Source: Candidatus Omnitrophota bacterium (GTDB lineage Bacteria; Omnitrophota; Gorgyraeia; Gygaellales; Profunditerraquicolaceae). From it: a stretch of 64,000 nt of DNA. This document shows positions 59,617 to 64,000 of the stretch, piece by piece; positions within the stretch are counted from its first letter, which is position 1; the number at the start of each line of letters is the position of its first letter. Location: assembly GCA_028716245.1 (NCBI GenBank), contig JAQUQW010000002.1, positions 8,947-72,946 of the forward strand, written 5' to 3'. A program made the translations under genes and the position numbers. The notes under the pieces were generated by a model. That model searched no databases. It was not told the DNA's origin and saw only the letters and a list, made by a program, of their open reading frames with translations.

Positions 59617-60251
59617 AGCATGAGCTAAACCGGATATTTAGCCGGCTTTATTCCGCCTTTGGAGAGCAGCATTGGTGGCCTGCCGATACTGCTTTTGAAG
59701 TTATGGTGGGAGCAATTCTTACTCAGAATACCAATTGGTCCAATGTTGAAAAGGCAATCGCGGCCCTTAAAGAAAAAAAATTATTAAACCCCCGGAAACT
59801 TTATCAGCTTAAGCCAAAAAAGCTTGCCGGTCTGATTAGGAGCGCCGGGTATCATAATGTTAAAGCCGCCCGGCTTAAAAGTTTCTTGGAATTTTTCTTG
59901 GATAACTACGCGGCAAAAATTAAATCCATGGCCGCCCGGGATTTAATGCAATTGCGCAAGCAACTACTGGCAGTAAACGGTATTGGCCCTGAGACAGCCG
60001 ATTCCATATTGCTCTATGCTTTAAATAAACCCATATTTGTCGTCGATGCCTATACCAAAAGGATATTTTTGCGGCACGGGTTAATTAAAGAAGGAGCCGG
60101 CTATTCTCAAGTGCAGGATATTTTCATGCGCAATCTTAAGAAAGACACGAAACTGTTTAATGAATACCACGCTCTTTTAGTAAAATTAGCCAAGGATTAC
60201 TGCCGCAAGCAGAATCCTAAATGCGAAATTTGTCCTCTCTATGGTCAATAA
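59613..60251 (+). CDS. HhH-GPD superfamily base-excision repair protein (endonuclease III-related, COG2231-like)
   Basis: 212 aa. HhH-GPD motif LLAVNGIGPETADSILLYA with catalytic Asp (VVDAYTKRIF). C-terminal CRKQNPKCEICPL has three Cys rather than the full four-Cys EndoIII cluster. Confidence 0.7.
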   Translation: MKHELNRIFSRLYSAFGEQHWWPADTAFEVMVGAILTQNTNWSNVEKAIAALKEKKLLNPRKLYQLKPKKLAGLIRSAGYHNVKAARLKSFLEFFLDNYAAKIKSMAARDLMQLRKQLLAVNGIGPETADSILLYALNKPIFVVDAYTKRIFLRHGLIKEGAGYSQVQDIFMRNLKKDTKLFNEYHALLVKLAKDYCRKQNPKCEICPLYGQ

Positions 60252-61368
60252 AAAACGCCTGGTTAGAACCATTCAAAAATTAATTTCCCTGGATTCCCAG
60301 AACCCTCCCGGGGATGAAAGCAGGGTTGCCGGTTTTGTCGGCGCGTATTTAAAGGCCTTGGGCCTAAAAGTCAAAACCTATACCTTTAGCCGCAAAAGAG
60401 TAAATGTCCTGGCTACCCTTGAAGGCAAAAACCGCGTAAAGTCACTTTTGCTTACTCCGCATCTGGATACCGTTCCGGCAGGCAAGAGCTGGAAGAAATC
60501 CCCGTTTTGCGCTAAAATTATCGGAAATAAAATTTATGGCCTGGGGACAACGGATTGCAAAGGGAATTTAGCCAGTTTACTGGAAGCAATTAACGCGCTG
60601 GTTGAAGACGGCATCAGGCTGGATTATAATTTAATTTTTGCCGCCACCGCCGATGAAGAAAGCGGCTCAGGCTTAGGTTTAATCCCCCTGCTTAAGCGCA
60701 AGATTTTAAAAGCCGACGCGGCGGTTGTTTTAGACGCCGATGACTTTGAAATCGTGATTACCCAGAAGGGGCTGATGCATCTTAAGGTGCGCATTGGCGG
60801 GAAAAAAGCGCACGGTGCCTATCCCTGGTTAGGGGTAAATGCCATAGATATAGCGGCTAAAATAATCATCGACCTTAAAAAACAAAATAATAAAATTTAT
60901 CCTAAAAATAGATACCTGCATCAACCGACAATAAATACCGGTACGATTAAGGGCGGAGATAAGGTGAACGTGGTCAGCGACTGGTGCGAATTTGAGCTTG
61001 ATTTCAGGTTTCTCCCCGGCTCCTCGGCCAAAGAGCTCCTAAGTTCTTTAAGAAGAACAATTATCAAATACACTAAAAATTTTAAAATTGAAATCCAGGG
61101 GATTCAAAATCCTTATTATATCGACCCGTGCCATCCTCTGGTTGGCAGTTTAGTTTCAGCGATGAAAAGTTTAAAGATCAAGCCGCGGATTAGTGGCTCG
61201 GAAGGAGCAACCGTAATAACTTTTTTTAAAGAAAGGAATATTCCGGCAATTGCCACCGGCTTTGGCACAGAAGGCTGCGCGCATATTGCCGATGAGTATG
61301 CCTATCCGGATAATCTTTATAACGGCGCAAGAGTCTTGGTGGAATTTTTAAAAAGATATAAATTTTAG
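60241..61368 (+). CDS. M20-family metallopeptidase (ArgE/DapE-type deacylase)
   Basis: 375 aa. HLDTVP, GTTDCKG and ATADEESG metal-ligand motifs. Confidence 0.8.
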   Translation: MVNKKRLVRTIQKLISLDSQNPPGDESRVAGFVGAYLKALGLKVKTYTFSRKRVNVLATLEGKNRVKSLLLTPHLDTVPAGKSWKKSPFCAKIIGNKIYGLGTTDCKGNLASLLEAINALVEDGIRLDYNLIFAATADEESGSGLGLIPLLKRKILKADAAVVLDADDFEIVITQKGLMHLKVRIGGKKAHGAYPWLGVNAIDIAAKIIIDLKKQNNKIYPKNRYLHQPTINTGTIKGGDKVNVVSDWCEFELDFRFLPGSSAKELLSSLRRTIIKYTKNFKIEIQGIQNPYYIDPCHPLVGSLVSAMKSLKIKPRISGSEGATVITFFKERNIPAIATGFGTEGCAHIADEYAYPDNLYNGARVLVEFLKRYKF

Positions 61369-61438
61369 CATTTTTAAGATCTGATCTAGTGAGACCAAGG
61401 TTCTAGAGCGCTTTCTAGTAAAATACCCGGCACAAGAT

Positions 61439-62803
61439 ATGGACAAAAGAATAATAATTGTACTTATTATAATAATTTTTTTTGCGGCATTATTCGCCTA
61501 CACTAGACAAAACATTACCAAAATAGGTAGTTTAAACAATATGCAAAATTTTACATATATCGGGCCAAATGGAAATCTTTCTAGTGTTAAAGTTGCCACT
61601 TTGTATGAAAAAGTGACGGACAAAGAATTTATCGGCGGGAGAAGCTTGAACGAAACAGTCAAAGTGCTGAAAGAAACGCGCGCGGATATGATTTTCCGCG
61701 GGTTTTGGATTTGGAATGCTCCTGTACCGGAATCTTCGGATAATATTCCTCCGGAAATAATTGATTTGGCAGCTAAGCGCTTGAATATAAAACCGGAGCA
61801 AGTTCCGGAATTTATCGAAAAAAGCGGTCTTTCTTATAAAGAGCTTGAAAATACCATATCCGCAATAAAAAAAGAAATGCCCGGAATTATTTTCGTAGGC
61901 GCACTCCCCGCCCAGTCTGTCGGAAGGATCGAAATTGATCCGATAACCGGCAAGGTTTATAACAATGAAGATACCTGGGACATGGCTTTTGATCCGCAAA
62001 AGTGGAATATAAACTATACATACAAAGGCAAGCTATTAACCAAGGATGAATTTCAGAAATTAGAAGCGACAAATAATCAGGAAACATTCAAAAACGGCTA
62101 TGATTATCGCCAAGCATATGGTTATTTTCCCGATATTACAAATCCGGATTTTCAGGAGCTTTTCTTGAGCTGGGCAAAAAAGCAGATAGATTCAGGTGCT
62201 GACGCTATATGGATTGATTTGTTGTATTCGCAGGCGAATGTCCTCAAAGGCATGACCGGTGACCTAAACCATCATGCAGTCAGAGAATCCTATGACGAGG
62301 CATCAAAAATGGTAGACCAGATACATAAATATGGAGAATCAAAAGGAAAGCATGTCTATGTTGGAACATGGTCTGAACCCGTCATTGATTATCAGGGAGT
62401 TTTGCCAAAACTTGATTTTGTGACCACAACGCCTTCATCCGAAGAAATATATTATGGAAAATTTGACGAAGCAAGATGGAGCCGGATAAATATGGGCGTG
62501 AAAAATAAATTCGGCAATATCCCCCATTTCGCTTTTATTGATTGGGGCGGAAGACCCGATGCACCGATAGATGTTTTTAGCCAGCGCCTAAGCGTAAACG
62601 AACAAAAAGAATTCCTAAAAAAAGCGGATGAATTTTTTTCGAACAAAAACATAATTTTTATCTATCCGGTCCATGGCGCCGACTTCTGGGGTGGCGTAAA
62701 AACGCGCGCTTTTGGAAAATTTACCAAATATGATTCGCTTGCGCCGGAATTTGATACTTATGATATAATTAAAAAGCTTGCGAATAAAAAAGCATTAAAA
62801 TAA
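61439..62803 (+). CDS. hypothetical N-terminally anchored extracytoplasmic protein (possible TIM-barrel glycosidase-like)
   Basis: 454 aa. N-terminal TM/signal anchor IIIVLIIIIFFAALFAY. No motif I can name. Segment GADAIWIDLLYSQ is reminiscent of glycoside hydrolase barrels. Confidence 0.4.
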   Translation: MDKRIIIVLIIIIFFAALFAYTRQNITKIGSLNNMQNFTYIGPNGNLSSVKVATLYEKVTDKEFIGGRSLNETVKVLKETRADMIFRGFWIWNAPVPESSDNIPPEIIDLAAKRLNIKPEQVPEFIEKSGLSYKELENTISAIKKEMPGIIFVGALPAQSVGRIEIDPITGKVYNNEDTWDMAFDPQKWNINYTYKGKLLTKDEFQKLEATNNQETFKNGYDYRQAYGYFPDITNPDFQELFLSWAKKQIDSGADAIWIDLLYSQANVLKGMTGDLNHHAVRESYDEASKMVDQIHKYGESKGKHVYVGTWSEPVIDYQGVLPKLDFVTTTPSSEEIYYGKFDEARWSRINMGVKNKFGNIPHFAFIDWGGRPDAPIDVFSQRLSVNEQKEFLKKADEFFSNKNIIFIYPVHGADFWGGVKTRAFGKFTKYDSLAPEFDTYDIIKKLANKKALK

Positions 62804-62947
62804 ATATCATGAATAAAAAATATTAATTGCGATGATAGCCTTGGAAACCGAGGCTATCAAATAGCTTTGTTCCGTCAAGGAGTTCAGGCGCCGGAGGTTG
62901 ACTTAAGCGTCAATCCCTAGGGGGCAGCTAATATTAAACATAGTAGC

Positions 62948-63976
62948 GTGAAGAATCATTTGCGCTACATTACTATGGGAGAAGATATGGAACCTTTAAT
63001 GATTTCTAAAAAACCCCGGCTTAGAAAACCTTATCTTATTGCCGCCTGGCCGGGCATGGGAGAGGTGGCGTTTAAGGCCGCCAATTACCTGATCCAGGAG
63101 CTAAAGGCGGTTGAATTCGCCAGTATTGCCCCGGAGGAATTTTTTTATTTAACCGGAAGCGTAATCTCCCGGGGGGTATTAGATGTTCCGCCGCTGCCGC
63201 AGGGTAAATTTTATTATTGGAAAAATCCCGCCGCAAAACGCGGCGGGCCCGGCAAAAATGACCTGGTTATTTTTTTAAGTAATGCCCAGCCGGATTTATC
63301 CAAGGCGGATGGCTACGCCAAGATAATTATCGGCCTGGCAAAAAGCCTGGGGGTCGAATCAATCGTCAGTTTTGCCTCGATGCCCCAGGCAACCGATCAC
63401 ACGCAGGATTCGCATGTCTGGTTTGCGGCTACGGATCAAAAAACCAAAGAGGATTTAAAGAAACATAATTTTAACGAGTTAATTGACGGCCAGATCAGCG
63501 GAATGAACGGTTTATTTTTAGGGATAGCCAAAAAGGCAGGCTTAAAAGGCTTTTGCCTGCTCGGAGATATCCCTCTTTATACTATCCAGATTGAAAACCC
63601 CAAGGCTTCGGCTGCGGTGCTTCAAGGGTTGGGAAAAATATTGAATATACAGATAAACGTGCAACCGCTAAAAGAGCAGGCACAAAGCATGGAGAATGAA
63701 ATTAATAAACTGCTTGATTATTTGAATTTAGGCTCAGCCGGCCAATCCGCTCCTATCGGTGAAGAGGAGGTAGAGTTGATCAAAAAAACCTTAAGCCAGC
63801 TCACCAAATTACCGGTTTCGGTAAAAGAGAAGATCGAGAAGCTTTTTGCGCAAAGCCGCCTGGATATTGCCAAGGCGAGTGAATTAAAAGCCGAGCTGGA
63901 TAAGTGGAATGTTTATAAGGAATATGAAGATAAGTTCCTGGATCTTTTCAGGAAGAATAATGATAAGGGCAATTAA
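62948..63976 (+). CDS. PAC2-family (proteasome-assembly-chaperone-2-like, COG1938/COG2047-type) protein
   Basis: 342 aa. KPYLIAAWPGMGEVAFKAANYLIQEL matches the PAC2 N-terminal signature. Start may be the Met at 62987. No proteasome genes nearby. Confidence 0.5.
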   Translation: MKNHLRYITMGEDMEPLMISKKPRLRKPYLIAAWPGMGEVAFKAANYLIQELKAVEFASIAPEEFFYLTGSVISRGVLDVPPLPQGKFYYWKNPAAKRGGPGKNDLVIFLSNAQPDLSKADGYAKIIIGLAKSLGVESIVSFASMPQATDHTQDSHVWFAATDQKTKEDLKKHNFNELIDGQISGMNGLFLGIAKKAGLKGFCLLGDIPLYTIQIENPKASAAVLQGLGKILNIQINVQPLKEQAQSMENEINKLLDYLNLGSAGQSAPIGEEEVELIKKTLSQLTKLPVSVKEKIEKLFAQSRLDIAKASELKAELDKWNVYKEYEDKFLDLFRKNNDKGN

Positions 63977-64000
63977 GTAAGCTTATGGCCAGTGAGATTA

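Overview
A 64 kb segment of bacterial chromosome spanning the replication origin region. Everything left of about 26.0 kb is transcribed on the minus strand: the rpmH-yidD-yidC-jag block, parAB, ndk, yicC, gmk, rpoZ, coaC, three tRNAs, thrS-infC-rpmI-rplT, trkA-trkA-trkH, pheST, rarA, ppiB, uvrD, an Fe-S/folate trio, and rny-ymdB. Everything to the right is on the plus strand: dnaA-dnaN-(DUF721/DciA-like)-gyrB-gyrA, tRNA-Glu, glmS, rsmI, a PyrR-attenuated pyrimidine operon (pyrR-pyrB-pyrC ... carB C-terminal half, mutM, pyrK-pyrD-pyrF), a V-type ATPase operon (E, small unknown, A, B, D, I, K), two tRNAs, an outer-membrane-type beta-barrel protein, and an accessory-looking tail of poorly characterised genes. 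GC is about 45%, genes are tightly packed, and a V-type rather than F-type ATPase is present. The long YidC and an OMP ending in Phe suggest a diderm, probably uncultured, reduced-genome bacterium. I did not find CRISPR arrays, rRNA, transposases or integrases. The most unusual content is: (i) a four-gene operon coupling a CsaA/Trbp111-like tRNA-binding protein, a YkgJ-type Cys-cluster protein, a DUF2156 (aminoacyl-tRNA transferase-like) protein and a DEDDh exonuclease; (ii) a PilZ-TM-coiled-coil-(alpha/alpha)6 glycosidase-like fusion; (iii) an EndoQ-like PHP nuclease embedded in the pyr operon; (iv) rnpA missing from its canonical slot and jag reduced to its N-domain; (v) a strongly structured 125-nt intergenic element upstream of rarA; (vi) GC-rich palindromic repeats flanking parA/parB. 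All calls rest on reading the supplied translations and the raw sequence; I ran no database searches.
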